Assembly (NCBI RefSeq): GCF_964355755.1 | Contig: NC_092677.1 | Coordinates: forward strand, 5,974,101-6,038,100 | Source: Antedon mediterranea | Lineage: Eukaryota > Animalia > Echinodermata | Direction of reading: 5' to 3' | Length of the DNA stretch: 64,000 nucleotides | In this document: in pieces, positions 13,501 through 28,500 of the stretch | How positions within the stretch are numbered: position 1 is the first letter of the stretch | How the letters are laid out: the number at the start of each line of letters is the position of its first letter | Made by a program: the position numbers and the translations under genes | Notes under the pieces: model-generated | What the model saw: the letters and a program-made list of their open reading frames with translations, nothing else | What the model was told of the DNA's origin: nothing | The model's database searches: none

Positions 13501-16500
13501 GAAGACATGGACCTTGATAAAATGTGTGATGTGTTCATGTCAACGGTTTTCTAAAAACCAGTTCTTTCTTGGCTGAATGGTATACATTTCTGGAACTGTG
13601 CGCTCAAATAGAATCCTCTCAACCTTCTCCGGTGTTTTTTTAAAATAATCGATAGAGATTATTTACAGAGTTTAGTTATATTATAAGCGATATCAGGTCT
13701 TGCAATATATCATGTTTTGTATAAACAGTTACGCAGCGCACACCCCTAAAAAAGGGCATGTGTTACCTTTTCTTCATATTGTGTAGTTCTCCGTGTTTGA
13801 TGTTATAGTTTATTTAATTAATATAATTTTTCAATATTTTGGAAATATATTATTTTTCCAATTGTGGAAAACAGCCAGGCCTCTTTATTGAGGTAAAATA
13901 TTATTTTAAATTGTCACTCTATGCATATGCTTAAGCAGTGTATAACCTAATCTTTTACGCTGGCGTGTTACATTGGTATTACCTGGATTTTCTTGAGTTC
14001 AATAATACAGAACTTGCATAAACATTAATTATAAATAATCTTAGACTTACATATATATATAATAAATACTACTTCGATAAATTTCGATATAACATTTTAA
14101 TTACTATGTTTATTTTGATTGGCATTTATTTTTTATTCATCATTAAAATGCTAAACTGAAATGACCCATTTATATTATTTTTAATGTTTATTACGTCATT
14201 ACCGTATTGCATTCGTTATATGATATTAAGAATGATTAAAACCATCAATGTGATACCTATTATGTTTTTGTTTACTTATTGAACAATTTAATGATGTCAG
14301 ACCTAGGATATCATATCATACTAAAGTAATTCTTATCGTTATTATATATTGTAGTCTGCGCTGTAAACTTTGGTTAGCAGACTTGAGTAAAGATCAAGTT
14401 TGGCAAAACCAGTTTGCTAGTGTAGACCAATTAAAAACTATATGAGAAAGAAACTAGTTATGTCATGCGCCTTAATCTGTGCCAACCTTCAGAGATAATA
14501 ATATATGTAGGCCTATTTGATAATTTTTTTAAATTTTTTTTTAAATTTAAAAATAAAACCGGTGATTAGACTAGAGTAGTTATTAAATCACTCAAGCCAG
14601 TCTGGCATGGAAGCAGCAATTCATCAGGCGTTCCATAGTCTTAGATACAATTAAAAGCAATGAAGTGTGCAATCAAATGCTAGAAAACCTCACGTGATTC
14701 GTTAAAAGTTGAGCGCTAAACCTACAATTTTAACCTTTGAACTCGGAACATAATGTTAAGGTTAGTGATCAAGATCAATGGAGTCGTATCAATTATTCAC
14801 TCTTCTACATCGAATTATCTCTCTTGAATAAGCATCTATTTTGTCAGTAATGAAATTGATAAGCCTCCTGGGGGATTTTAGAAATTCTGAATGCCTGTTG
14901 TATTGAATTAATTAGCGCAAATACTTGGTGAATATACGAACTATGTGCTTCACTGATCCGAAGAATATCTTGTGTTTTATACTAGTAGATATAATATTTT
15001 GCTGTCGGCTTATAGTCCCCAGGGTCGGTCATATCGCAAGCTCGGAATGAATTATTTCACATAATTTGAAATTGCTTGTGTTTTGCTTTAGGAATTAAAA
15101 ATAAGGAAATGATATCACCTTTCTATTTGTCGTGTTTGTTTTTATATTGATAAACATGTGTACTTTAATTAAAAAACGTTTGAAATGTATTACTAATTAT
15201 ATTTAAATTATGCATTATCATTATTTAATCAAGTTAGTTTAACAAATGAAATGGCGACATATTTTTTAGAAAACGTAAAACTACTACTAACAAAAACGTC
15301 ATTTTAATGTATTCATTATTATTATTATTACATTTATTTACACAAGGCCCTGAATTTTACGTATTTTTTTATTTTTTTTTTATTACGGTATATTTGATTT
15401 GGCAGAAGTTTTGGAAATGTCCATTAGGGCGGCAGAGAAAAAAAAACATCATCATATATTCTTGAACGACATCACCTCTAGCGACTATAAACACTTTACA
15501 GTATCATGCTGTTAAAGGTAACAGGTCCAAAGATCACTGTATCTCCAGCTTACAAGAAAGTGTTGTCGACAGATATGATCTTATATCGTTTGGTATATTA
15601 ATTTATACCATTCAAAAATGCATAAGCATAATTAAACAGTAATGACCGTTATTCTTACCATGTTTTCTGTGTGGGTGCATAAGATCCCTTAACAATGAAC
15701 GCTTGCTGTTTAAAGGCATCCATTTTCCTAGAAAACAAACGAAAGATATGTTTTTAAATACCAGAAGGTTAGTTTCCAATGATCAGATTTTTCAAACGTG
15801 CTTAGTAAAAATCGACTTAACTTTAGACCTATTATTTTAAGTCATTGATTTTTTATCTTAAGTCAGTTTTATAAATAACCTAAGCAAATATTTAAACATA
15901 TTATTTTTGTATATCTTAGACAACGAGTTTGATAAGTAAAGCCTCAGTTTTCACTTATGCTCTCCTTAATGAGAACTTGTTTTTCACTTATGTATTTTTA
16001 AAGCTATTTTTCACCTAAGTCAAAATTGCTGATTGAAATGACACGTTTCAAAAACAGCCTGTGGCAAACAAGTTTGATATGTAAAACCTCAATTTTCACT
16101 TATGCATATAACCTATTTTTACTTAAGTAAGCACTTTACAATTTGGACATGTTGTTTTTCTATCTCAGAAAAGGAGTTTGATAAATAAAGCCTCAGTTTT
16201 CCACTTATGCCTCTTCTTTATGAGAACTAGTTTCACTTAAGCAAAACGGATTGATTTTTGAAGTGTTTTGATGAACATAGTTCTCAAATCCGGATATGAC
16301 TTGATTGTTGTATTGCGTGCTTTCCAAATCTATCATCCATGGAGTGCGACCACAGCGTCGAAAGTGTTGAAGTTGTACTATGTTCTACAGTCCTATGCAT
16401 CGAGTATGCCTAGAGTGTGATTGAATTTATTCACCTCGACCACATGAGATACGTATACGTATACCTACGGTATCTAACCTTTAACCTCTATCTAACTAAA

Positions 16501-19500
16501 CCTAATTTTGTGTGAATGTAGATCACTACCTACGGCTATTTAATACAACACTTGAAAATAAATTGCTAATAAATTCACTTTAGATAATTTGACAAGATAA
16601 GGACATTGCCTTAAAATAAATATACTTAATCATTATTATTAGGCACATGGACTTAGGTTTTTTCGTTCCGTAGAGTCATATGTTTTATAATTGTTTGTAC
16701 ACCATACTTTTGATTATAAAAACTGAAATTGTTGTCAGTTGAACATTGAATAATAAATGCTTTTTAATGTTTATTTAAAAACAACGCCCTCTATTGTTAA
16801 ACCTGAGAAAATTCCTTTCAAAATAATAGTATACTGTCACCTCATGAAATTATCTATCCGTTATATTTTATACAGCACACTTACTTTTCAAGGCAGACTA
16901 GACCAGGGCTTAAAACATTCGAGAAGGCAGTCTATTTTGTTACGGGGAGTAGACAAGGCTGTGTGACACTATGGGTTGATTTTCGCATGCGCAGTCATAA
17001 ACCGCCTAGCTTTGTGTCGTGATTTTCAGGTGCTTGTGTAACAATAATTAATCGCATAATTATAAATAAATTTAAATCTTGATGACGTAAGATTATTGAA
17101 TATCACAATCCTCAAATCAATATAAAGAAAAATAAAAAATCAAAATGAAAGTCAGTAGATAACATTATTATACATGCATGATCACAAACACAAACAAAAA
17201 TCACATTCTCTAATATGCTTTTCATAAGTAAAATTTGAAAAGATTCTTGATATTATTCACCACCAAAGCATCAATATTACTATCATAGGTAGATTTGATC
17301 CAGAAAAGGAATTACAAATTAAGATAAACACATACAAAAAAGAGCAGAAAATATGAAACAGAAGGAAAAAGACGAAAGGAAATAGAGGAAAGGAAGAAGA
17401 GAAAAAAAGTTATAAAAAAGGAATTGAAATTAACAAAAAGAGAAAAAGTACAAAAAATTTTTGGAATAAGATTGGAAAAGAAGAAAAGAAAAGTAGACTA
17501 GGAGGTAAAATGAATAGGCTAAGTGGATAAAAGTAAAATAAGAAGGGGAGAAAAGAAAGGAAGAAAAAGAATTAAAGCTAAGATTAAGCTGTACAATCAT
17601 TCAAAATTGGTTATTCAATTTAAAGTTAAATTAAAGTAAATAAATAAAGCCCGGAAACTTCTTTGAGCAGTATAGACTTATCAATAAAGTAATACAAAAA
17701 AACATCATGAGCCCCCAGCTACCACATTGGCGTGTCTTTTTTGTTTTATTAATATACAAATTCGGCAAATGAAGAGTGTATTCAGATGGGCCTTGAAAAT
17801 TAACATTATTTTGAATTTAGTTCAAAATCGTACAATTTGGATTCAAAGGTTTATAATTTACACATGGTTTGCGCAAACCAAATATTATGTTAACTGCCAA
17901 CTTTATTCAGTGGTATTTTGCCTTTCGCTGAGATATGATTTGACGTATGACGCCATATAGCACTGCAGAACGCTTTACCAGAATCACAGCGAATAGCACA
18001 GTAAATAGAATTTAAACACATTTGAAAATTGTTAATTATCGATTATCGATTATCGTAAATCAAACTAAGTGGTTATTTAATTGAATAAATATTATAATAA
18101 CCGTTCTGGGACCGCATTTCAATATATTTACAGACTGTGAATTATCGATTATCGTCAAAAGTGGATTAATTTAATAAATATTTTAATAATATAACATGCT
18201 CGGGCTTAGGCCAATCTTCTTCAAGGAATTTAGGACATACACTTAGACTAGACTACTCTCTAGGCACCAACTCGGAGATGTAGAATAGACAATGTCACGG
18301 AGTACCTTCACTGAGAATGATTTCCACTTAAATGGAAACGTTCATACATGTGGACGAGTAGGCCTATACGTCGACTACTCGGTTTTTCAATTTGTGTGGA
18401 AATGAGATTAATAAGAATATTCCAGTTGAAATCAAATGATATAAACGGGTTAACTGTAATGTTAACGTGTGGCAACTTTTTTACTGGTACGATAATTACT
18501 AGTTTTAATTGACATTCGGATGTCTAAGGATGGATAAGCAAGCCTGTGAGTTACAGCGATTTTAATTGCTTTTGCTTATCCTTGCCTCCTTAGATTTCCA
18601 CCTGTCTTGTTTTTGTTACCTATGTTTTTAATTTATTTCGATTTTAAAGGCTAAATAAAGAATGAATGAATGAATTTCCAGTTGATTCTTATTAGAGTCA
18701 ACATACCAGTTAAACGGGTTTCATTTGATTGGGTACTAAACAACTATCTACACAGAGTAACCACCACAATCACATAATCATTAATGGCATGTACCCGTAG
18801 GTTATAAAGTGCTGTAGGTGTTTCCAGTGAATTAAGTCCGCCTCCTCCTTGTACCAGTGGGAACTCCCACGTGATATATCAATCTCTAAATTTAACTTCG
18901 GCTCTAACGAACTTCCCATCAAATCCACATATGACCAGTAATACTGTAATTTGTAATTTACACTACAATATCTCTAAATTCCTTGCAATTTGAATTTATT
19001 TGAATTTATCTGAATTTTTTAATATAAATTATTGTTGGCACGTTATAATCTTCTATCCATCGTGACTGCTATTTGATTTTGAATATTCTGTTTCGTGTGC
19101 GACTGAAATACAATATCATTAAATAACTGAAGAAGATAAAAAAACGATCTTGTATCGAAACCCTAGGTACTCGCTGTATTACGGGATTCCCCAAGGTCTA
19201 CTATCAAATTGAGCATGATGAAACTTTTCTGAATATTTTGTAAACGTAATCTACTGTACAGAATATTAAAGGTGTCTAAGCGCCTCTACTTTGTTTTAAT
19301 AATAACCATTAACTGCGACTAGGAATACTGTGTATGCTATTATCATTCATTATTTTGTATACTATTGGTAAATTGTTTTATAAGCAGATATACCTATTGC
19401 GCTTATAAACTTATTTTTAAACAAATTGTTTTTGTAGAATGTTTACGTATTAACTTTTTGTTTAACTTGTGTTCAATGATTCAAGTTTTTTCTAAATTAT

Positions 19501-22500
19501 ATAATTGTTTAAATAATAAATCTCATCACCAGGCTTAGAGAGTGGTCCGAGTTTAAAGAGTCATGAGTTGCAACCCTAGCACTGGGTTGAACCATGGACC
19601 CCTGGATTGGAAGGCAAACTTTGTAACCATCAATCTACAGCTCACTACATTGTAATCATCATCATAATCATTATCTTAGAAATAATCGGCATCATCAAAA
19701 TCATCGGAATCATCATTACAATATCGTTATCATATTCTTCCTAATCTTTTCATTTTTATCATTTTCACTATCTTATTCATTATCTTTATCGGTCTTCTCT
19801 ATCATAATTACTTTCAAAGTGATTCAGTCTCATCAACATTGTCATTAACAATTTCATCTCCTCCTCTTTCTAAATTAATACTATCATTGTATAGTTATAT
19901 CCCGTGTATAGTATAACATTTTAACAAGTGTAGGTCTAATTTAATTCATATAGTATTGGAGAATAACTCGTCAAATTACAATTTTGCACCTGCAGGTATG
20001 GGTTTCTGCGAATACATGCAAACGGATTTCAAATTCAGCAATACGTCTTATTAGTATATGCAAGTATACCTGATTCCTTTTGATAGTCTTTTGTACCATC
20101 TGAACTAGATACATTTAGCATTATTTAGCGATCTCAATCTCTTTGGGATCAAAATAGTGTAACATCCGGCTTATAATAATGGAAAATACGGTAACCTGTA
20201 ACAATGTATGTTATGTAGAGTAATTCAAAATAATTATCATTCTACATAAATATAATTACTTTAGAATTAATTGACAGTTCCATCACGATTACGCGCAATA
20301 TTCTTGATAATACTACACAGGTATTAGACCTACAGTAGTCTTAAGGGTTCAGTCATATATGTGACATAATCATATATGACTATAATATAATAATTTTACT
20401 ACAACATGACGTATCGTAACTAAAGCATATTTTCCAGTAGGCCATTTTGACGCGCGAATCGAAAGCGTCAGCTTATACGATGAATTCTAGTTCATTAAGA
20501 GCTTTTCACTTCAGCCAAATTGGTAGTTCGAATTGTTTCTACTTTTTCAGAAGCGAAAATCGCGCAACCAATCAGAGCTCAGGAAATGGGCTATGACGCG
20601 TTCATGAGAACTCATTTAAAAATCAAAAAGCTCAGCAGAAAGAAACATGAAAATAGTATAGCTATTCACTTATTCTATTTTTTTTCTCAGCGAAACGTAT
20701 TCGGGCGAACAAATTCATCTAGTGAAAAAAGATTATTTTATTCTTCTATTAACCAAATTGGATATATTAAACATTACATTACTAAGGGCAGAAAGCATGA
20801 GTGTTAAAATCATAACACATTAAAATAAACAAACGAAAAAAGTCGACATCAATTTCTACACTAAAAATGTAAACAAAAATGTAGGCTAAAGGAAAATCAG
20901 CAGCTGAACAGGAAAAATAATTTAAAAAAAAAGACTTTCTACTTTTTTTTAAATGTTGTAGACTTATCGTAATCGGGGATGAATACATCATTCTTAGCTA
21001 ATCTTTAATTGATGCGGAAATTCAGCAATATCATATTGATAAATTGCCATACATACGGATAAATTATTCAGCGGATTTAAGATGTCATCTTCTGTTTTAG
21101 CTCACAGAAGACAATATTAGAAATCTAAGAGCAAAAGTGAATGGCATGTAAGCCTCTTGACAATTACAATTGACAGGAAAAATATGATTAATATTTGAAA
21201 GTAAAGCCGGTTTAAAAAAAAATAGTATATTCTGAGAAATAAAACTGATAGCAAGAATGACAAAGAAATATTTATGTTTTTATTATCTTGCAAAAGAACA
21301 CTATATCGATAAGTGTATGAATTTAACTAGATATTGCAATATTTTTATGGCTTCCTGCAGGAGACTTTCTCCCTTCAGGGTCCCAGGACTGCCTTGATTT
21401 CACTGAAAGTTGCCTGGTAAGTTAAAGGAATGTGACGAGTGTCTAGGCTAAACATTGAAACAATAAGAGAATTTAGAGATTATAACTTTGTTATGTCCTT
21501 CTCCAAGAGACTCTCGCCTTTTTGGATCCTATAAATCTTGGTTTCCTTACTAGGCAACTATAAAAGTTGCCTAGTAAGTTAAAAGAAAGTTTCCATGGCT
21601 AAAGATTAATTTATAAGACGATTCTTACATTTTGAACAAGAGAATTGAGAGACTATGACTTTTTTTATGGCCTTTTGTTGTGTAAGAGACTCTCTCCATT
21701 TCAGATCTCATGAAATGTGGCTTCCTTGGTTAATATTTTCTATGAAAGTGGCCTCATGTTGAAGGAACGAGATTTAAAGGCTAAATATTAAGAATTGGAA
21801 ACATCTGGCCATGGACGAACCCAAATTTTGGAAGAGCCCGGTGTATGGTTCGTATCAGCCTACATCGTTATGGACAGAATTATGAACACTGTTTGGTGGT
21901 GGTAGCCTACAGAAGGAACACTTTGAAATGGTGCTGTATGCCTATAAATGTAAAAATTCAAATGATAAAATCCAAATGAGTAAAACTATACATTTCTTGA
22001 GAAATAGCAAGAACTTCTACAATCAGTACCAAATGAATTTGCATACTAACTCACCATTTCACATACATCATGTGAACTCTGTCATCTTTAAACGAAGTCT
22101 TATTACGGTTTAAAAGTGGGTTTGTTTAGAGTCATACAACATCTTGGAAATTGATTAGAATTGAAAGCAACGAATTTAAATTTGTAATAATAACAAGCAG
22201 TTCATCTAGAAATTTACAGCACCTTTAAGCGTTACTGAATAAATTGGATGACAAAATAACAAATTCACGTAGGTCTATCTGAAAGCTTCTAATTCATAAG
22301 TCGAAGCACAGCTAGTTAACATCAATTAGATAAGATAAGATTACCATGCAAGCATTAATGAACTCACGTTACGCAATAACTGAAGGCATGATATCTCGGT
22401 TTATAAACTACTTAAACTAGTACTACATAAACACGATGTAAAATGTATAGCAATCAAATTCTCTTCTTTGTTGATTTGTATTCAACCATCGAAATTGTAA

Positions 22501-25500
22501 ATTAACCTAAATATAATGTTTGGTAAATAAATAACCTAATAATGTAATATTTTGTGTAAGAATAATAATAATAATATCAAATTGATAATTAATGATTAAT
22601 GTATCTTTCTATTCATAAACTACCAGTTATTATCGAAATTGTAAATTAACCTAAATATGATTTTTTTGTAAATAAATAAACAGAAATACATACATGTAAT
22701 ATAGTGTAAGAATAATAATACTGCTAAATTGATAATTATTGATTAATTATTCTTACTATCCGTAAATTATTTATGGATGGAAAACACTTTACATCATTAC
22801 ATTATTTAATAATGGCGTTACATTTACATTCAATTGTACATTTCTTTACAAATACATTATTATTATTGTATTATTATTATGGACCAATATGTAATACAAT
22901 TAATACTGAGAATGTGGAAAATCTTAAAACAACATAACAACAACATAGGACGAAAGGATGGAAAGGAGTGAGAGAGCATAAATAAACATGAGAATAGGTT
23001 TTGTGGCTGACATATTTACCGATCCTGTCACAGTTGCAGGATTAATCAGACAATAGTAAAGGTACGGTAAGCCATGAAACTTGAGTTAGAAAGTACGAGT
23101 TTCCTATCATATTGGCGATTCATATTGACTGTTTGGAGGGTGTGAACATTGTTTAAAAAGTGTAGCCCTACTAACGTAAATCAATCATGAGGCAAATTTA
23201 ACAATCTTAAATTTCACGTAATTCAATCTCGTACGCAAGTTGATGCCAGGTAAAGCTAGGCCAAATTACACCAAGGTATATATACACAAGAAAAATTAGC
23301 ATTTGAAGGAAAGGGTTTGGAATTATAGGTAATTTGAATAATATAACGGAGAAAGGTGACAGAGATGACTATAGGAAAGGTAGGTAAACGTAGACCCTTT
23401 TAAAGGTAGTATGGTTTTATAATTGATTATTAATAATACTAATAATATCTAATAAATCTATAATTGAAATATGAAATGAAATTAAAATCAAGTAGAATAT
23501 AATAACATATACATGTTTTGTTACAATTCTTTATCTCAATGTATCATTACATAATATATCATAGGTTATGCCGACAAATCAAGGTCATTATTGAGTCTGT
23601 TATGATACGTTGGTTAATTCAGGGTAATATACCATAATTCCATAGATTATCAAGACCTGTAAACAGTAAATCACTGATAATAATATTGTGTAGCATCCAG
23701 CATTAGCATGTACTGTAGATCGATATTAGGAAATGTTCCATTGCATGACGCTGTCTACACAAACTAATAGGAATCAATAGAGCGTATCAAACATATGCGC
23801 ATGCTTACAAACTAATCGGCATGTTACAGTACGATAGCTTCTACGATTATGTGGAAGCTATCACAACACAGAATGTTGTGTAGGCATGCGCAGTGTGTTT
23901 CACTACTGTTTGTAAAATCGTTGGCACCGCGACGTCGTATAAACAATCGGAAAATTATGCACGGTGTGTAAATAAAAACAACTTGTTTATGCTTCTTGAC
24001 GTTTTCCGTATAATTACTCGAGCTATTTATAGATTTACAGAATCACGTGTTTAACATTTGAATTATACAGAATACAGTTTAAATGTCTTCTCATCTCTGA
24101 ACGAGTGCAGAAGATTGTAAAGAAAGCCAACACTGATTCACCTAATGTTATTACGATTAAAATAGCTGAATAAAAAGCCGAAGAAATAGAAATATGACTA
24201 CTATGTTGACTTATGGGAATTGAATTGGAATAATACATCCGCAAAGACAGATAAATGAATAATGATATTGACTATTAGGAAACGAAATTGGATTGTAATT
24301 ACAGGAGTTGCGGCCTGAGCGTAACTATACGGCGCGACGCGCTAATACCCAAGTGAAGACTCACGTTCATTTGTCAATTAGTTTGTAATCTATAGTCTTA
24401 CTGGTTTCAAATTAACAGCTAACGAAAATGGGTTTAGACTAAAATGTTATAAATAATTAAACACTATGGAAATATACACAAGAAGTACAGCTGTTTGTGT
24501 ACATTTGATATTAGTCCTATACATGTTTTCAATTACGCAATCGAATAAATTATGAGTAACATGAAATACATATTTACAAAATTGAATGATGTATATGTAA
24601 TAATACAACAAAAGTGAGATCATTTTGATTAAGCTTTTTACGAGCTAACTGCAACCAAAGAGCATCTACAAGCTGACGTAATAATTATTGTACCGAGTTT
24701 TTCCTATAGTGTATGCATTGCTGTGCAAGAGACCAACATCATTACGTCCCATTCAGAGGGCAATGAACTCCATCTTTCAAACACGACAGTATAGATCTTT
24801 CCTTGCCAATCATACATGAGTTGGATTTCCATGCTACTTCCTTGCTACTGTACTTGAGCATAAATCAAAATTTTGACATAGTATGTTCTTTTTTAAACTT
24901 TGCTATTTCGATATAGTAGACTAGGTCTATCTATAGATAACTTAAACTAACCATCTGATGATCCTATTCTTTGAAGAAAGACCCTCTTTGAATTTGAAGC
25001 AAGTCATACATATTGAGAATTTCTTTCGGCCGAAATGAATAGGATTATACCGGAAGTTCGACTTATGTCGAAATTGTGACATAGTAATTATCGACAATTA
25101 ATATTATGGCACAAATAGGCTTTCGTAGATTTTATGATTCTTACTAATCTCGGTACGTAAAGTACGATATGCAGGCTTAAATTAAATTTTATAACGACCA
25201 AGTGTATTTCCAACATTTGTATTCATAAACAATATCCAATTACTATTTTCTTAAGGTAAAATATTCAGAGGAGATGGCATTAACATAATGATATACATTG
25301 AATAATAACAAACTTGTATAAAAAGATAAAATTAACATGATGTAGAATATTTATTGAATGTGGTTACACAATAGAATATTTTAAGAAAGGTAATTCAATG
25401 TGATATTGAAAGATGGGAAACAGAGCAAGAAAGAACTTGTTGTGAATACCACGTCAACAAAATGATTATATTATAACACGCCTGAATGTATCTTGCCATT

Positions 25501-28500
25501 TGATTGGTTAATGAAACCTGCGGTTATTTGCCTCATGAACGAAGACCGGCACTATTGAACGATGAACGGCACTGACGTACGTTCAGCGTTTTGTACACAA
25601 CTTTTGCATACGTACCAAGCAAGGTTGTTGGTTTCGAAAATCAACCAGCGAGTCTTACAACTGTTGATTCCCCGTCCAGTATTGGAGCGCTCCCCTTGTG
25701 AATGGCCTAGCTACCCAGCCTGGCATTAGACGATGATTTAGGAATGATGATGACGTCACGCGGAGTGAACAGTCAACATTTCAACTGATGAAATCACCTT
25801 CGAATTCATAAATATTTTTATACTACAGTAGGATAACAATAATTTCATGTTTTTCTCACACTGTGTTAAAATAAAACGTGTTAATATTTATGAATTGAAA
25901 CAAGACTATAACATGAAATTACAATTTCAATTAATTTTTAATAAACAATCTTGTAACCTATATTATATAAAAAAAAAGCCGAGAATATCAATTGTTTTTT
26001 CGTTTCGGAAGACATCGACCGTCTTATATAATTCAATACATAAAACAAAACTCGTGCTAGACTAGGCCTACAGTAGCTATATCAATGACTTTTTTTTTAT
26101 TAATATACTGTATCTTATAAGTTATTAAGTTAAGTATAGCCAGTGGTAAAATGACTAACTTAAAGTGAAAATAATTATGTTGAAATATTTTGTTAAATTT
26201 ATCAATATTATCATCGCTAGTGACACTACAACGAATCACACAATTTGTTCTAAGCGCGCGTTCAAGTACTGATATAAAGTTGATACCGTTTTTATACGCG
26301 CTCAGTCATCGTGTGATACTGAAAATTAAAATGCGCTGCAAAAACAGTAAATTTCTGTGGTTGTTATTATAATTGTAAATTAAAGAAATTAATACTTATT
26401 TTAATTATTGATGTCTTAAGAGAATAAATATATGCCAAGTTTGTTAAACACCCACGAAGAAACTATTAAAACAGTTATTTTTGTTTTATTTCTGGAAATT
26501 ATTTGAATTTGTTAATTGTATCTGTGGGGTATTGATAGTCATCTCTGGTAACCTCTTTGATTTAATTTGATTTAATTTGATTCAAAATACAATAAAATAT
26601 TCTAATAATAATTCAAATAAACTGTTATCAAACCATATTTTGAGAGCAATTCCCAGATGCCATACATTTGGGATATTTGTTTTTTAAATCAAAAGAATAA
26701 AATTTAAACTATATATAATACATGGTTTAGTTTAAACAGTAAATTCATTTGTTTAATCATAGTTGTAGGTGGCTGCCAAAATAAGGTAAAATATTGAGTT
26801 ATAAAAGAAACACACCTTTAGAGATACCCTGATTTATTTTTTTATTGTTTTACAAGTTGTGTTGTTTAGCAAAGATTATAATAGTTCCCCACTATGCAGT
26901 ACCAGATAGGTAAATTGATGGCATTATGGTATAATTTACAAATTTAGAAAAAAATTGGAAAAGATAATTAAATAATAACTTATTATTTATATTATTTCCT
27001 CCATGATTTGTGTTGTACTAAAGTAATTGTTTACAAAATAAATGATTACAGACTATTTCCTGTTTTTTTTTTTCAAACTGTAGCTGTTATTTTACAGTAT
27101 GCCGGGTCACTGTTTATTTGCTTGTATACGAACATCACATTGTATTGCTATTGTTGTTTACCTCCGCCAAGTTTGTTTGTTTGTTTGTTTGTTTGTTAGC
27201 AGGATTACTCAAAAAGTAATTACAAGATCTTTACCGAAATAAATATACAGATAGATATGTGGTCAAGGACCATTCCATTAAATTTTGGGACCATTTGGGA
27301 CCATGGTCCCAATTCTGGTTTATTTTTGTACAAGAGGCAAGAGTTATAATTTGTGATTTGTAATTTTAAAATTTGATTTAATGTGAACGTTTTTTGATGC
27401 GAGTAGTTTAAAAACCCATTTCTTTTCAAATTTAGGCTACTCGTTTGATTTTCGCGTTGCTGTTCTATTGTCAGTCAACTGAAGCTATTGTTAATTGAAA
27501 GGCTTGTTACATAACCATTACACCAAACTCTCATATACTGTACATGCTTGTAGTGAAATTAGCCTAAATCACAAACAGCATTAAGACACACACACAATTT
27601 TACAGTAGGCGGAGGTATGCACTCTCGGAGTGACTTTATAGTTTTCTATTTTACGGAATTTCTGTAAAAAAAATGTCCCTTATACATCAGTATGTTGACT
27701 TAACATCACATATGTAGTATTTTCTATTTACAGAATTGATAAAATAACAGCCAAATGTGGTGTAAACTGCGTCGCCATACCGTCGGTTTTTTTACTTAAC
27801 TTAATCCCATGTTGTACTTTTATATACAGAATTTCTGTTAAAAAAATTAACATCAAAAAGTGGTGTCAACTGCGTTACCATACCGTCTGTTTTTTTACTT
27901 AACATCACATGTTGTATCTTTTATTTACATATTTTATGAAAATAAAAAGTACAACAGGTGATGTTAAGTAAAAAAAACAGACGGTATAGCGACGCGGTTG
28001 ACACCACTTGTTGCTGTTTTTTTACATTTTTTTTTTTAAGTGCGTCTACTAAAAACAGAAATTTGATGAACGATTGGGAGGGTATGTAGGCCATACCGAA
28101 TCAATGGCAAGCTTTCGGGACAGTTTGGCGAAAGACGGACGAAATACAGTCGATAATGAACAGAACGATGTTTGGCACATGCGCAGATTAATTTGAATAA
28201 TTTACCATCGACTGTCGTCCAAAGTGATAAATAAGTGATATAATAATTGTATGTAAATGTATAAAAGTTAAAAAAGCTGTATCAATTCTAAAGGTTTAGT
28301 GAATAAGTTAAAAAAGCTAAAAAAATGTGAATTTTGCTAATGCCGGGTTTTCACTAGACGAGGACGGAATGCAAAGTAAATGATTTGACGAATCACAAGC
28401 GATGGATTTGTCACAGTATCGCTTGTCATTGGTTAACCAGCTTGCATTGCTTTTACGTCCTTACGTAACGTCCTAGCGTGGGAACCAAGCAGTATCAGTT

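Noticed and set aside
17320-17580. Purine-rich tract, plus (ATC)-like tracts at ~19650-19890 and ~36400-36860
   Set aside because: Low-complexity decayed microsatellite sequence; the associated short ORFs are compositional artefacts.
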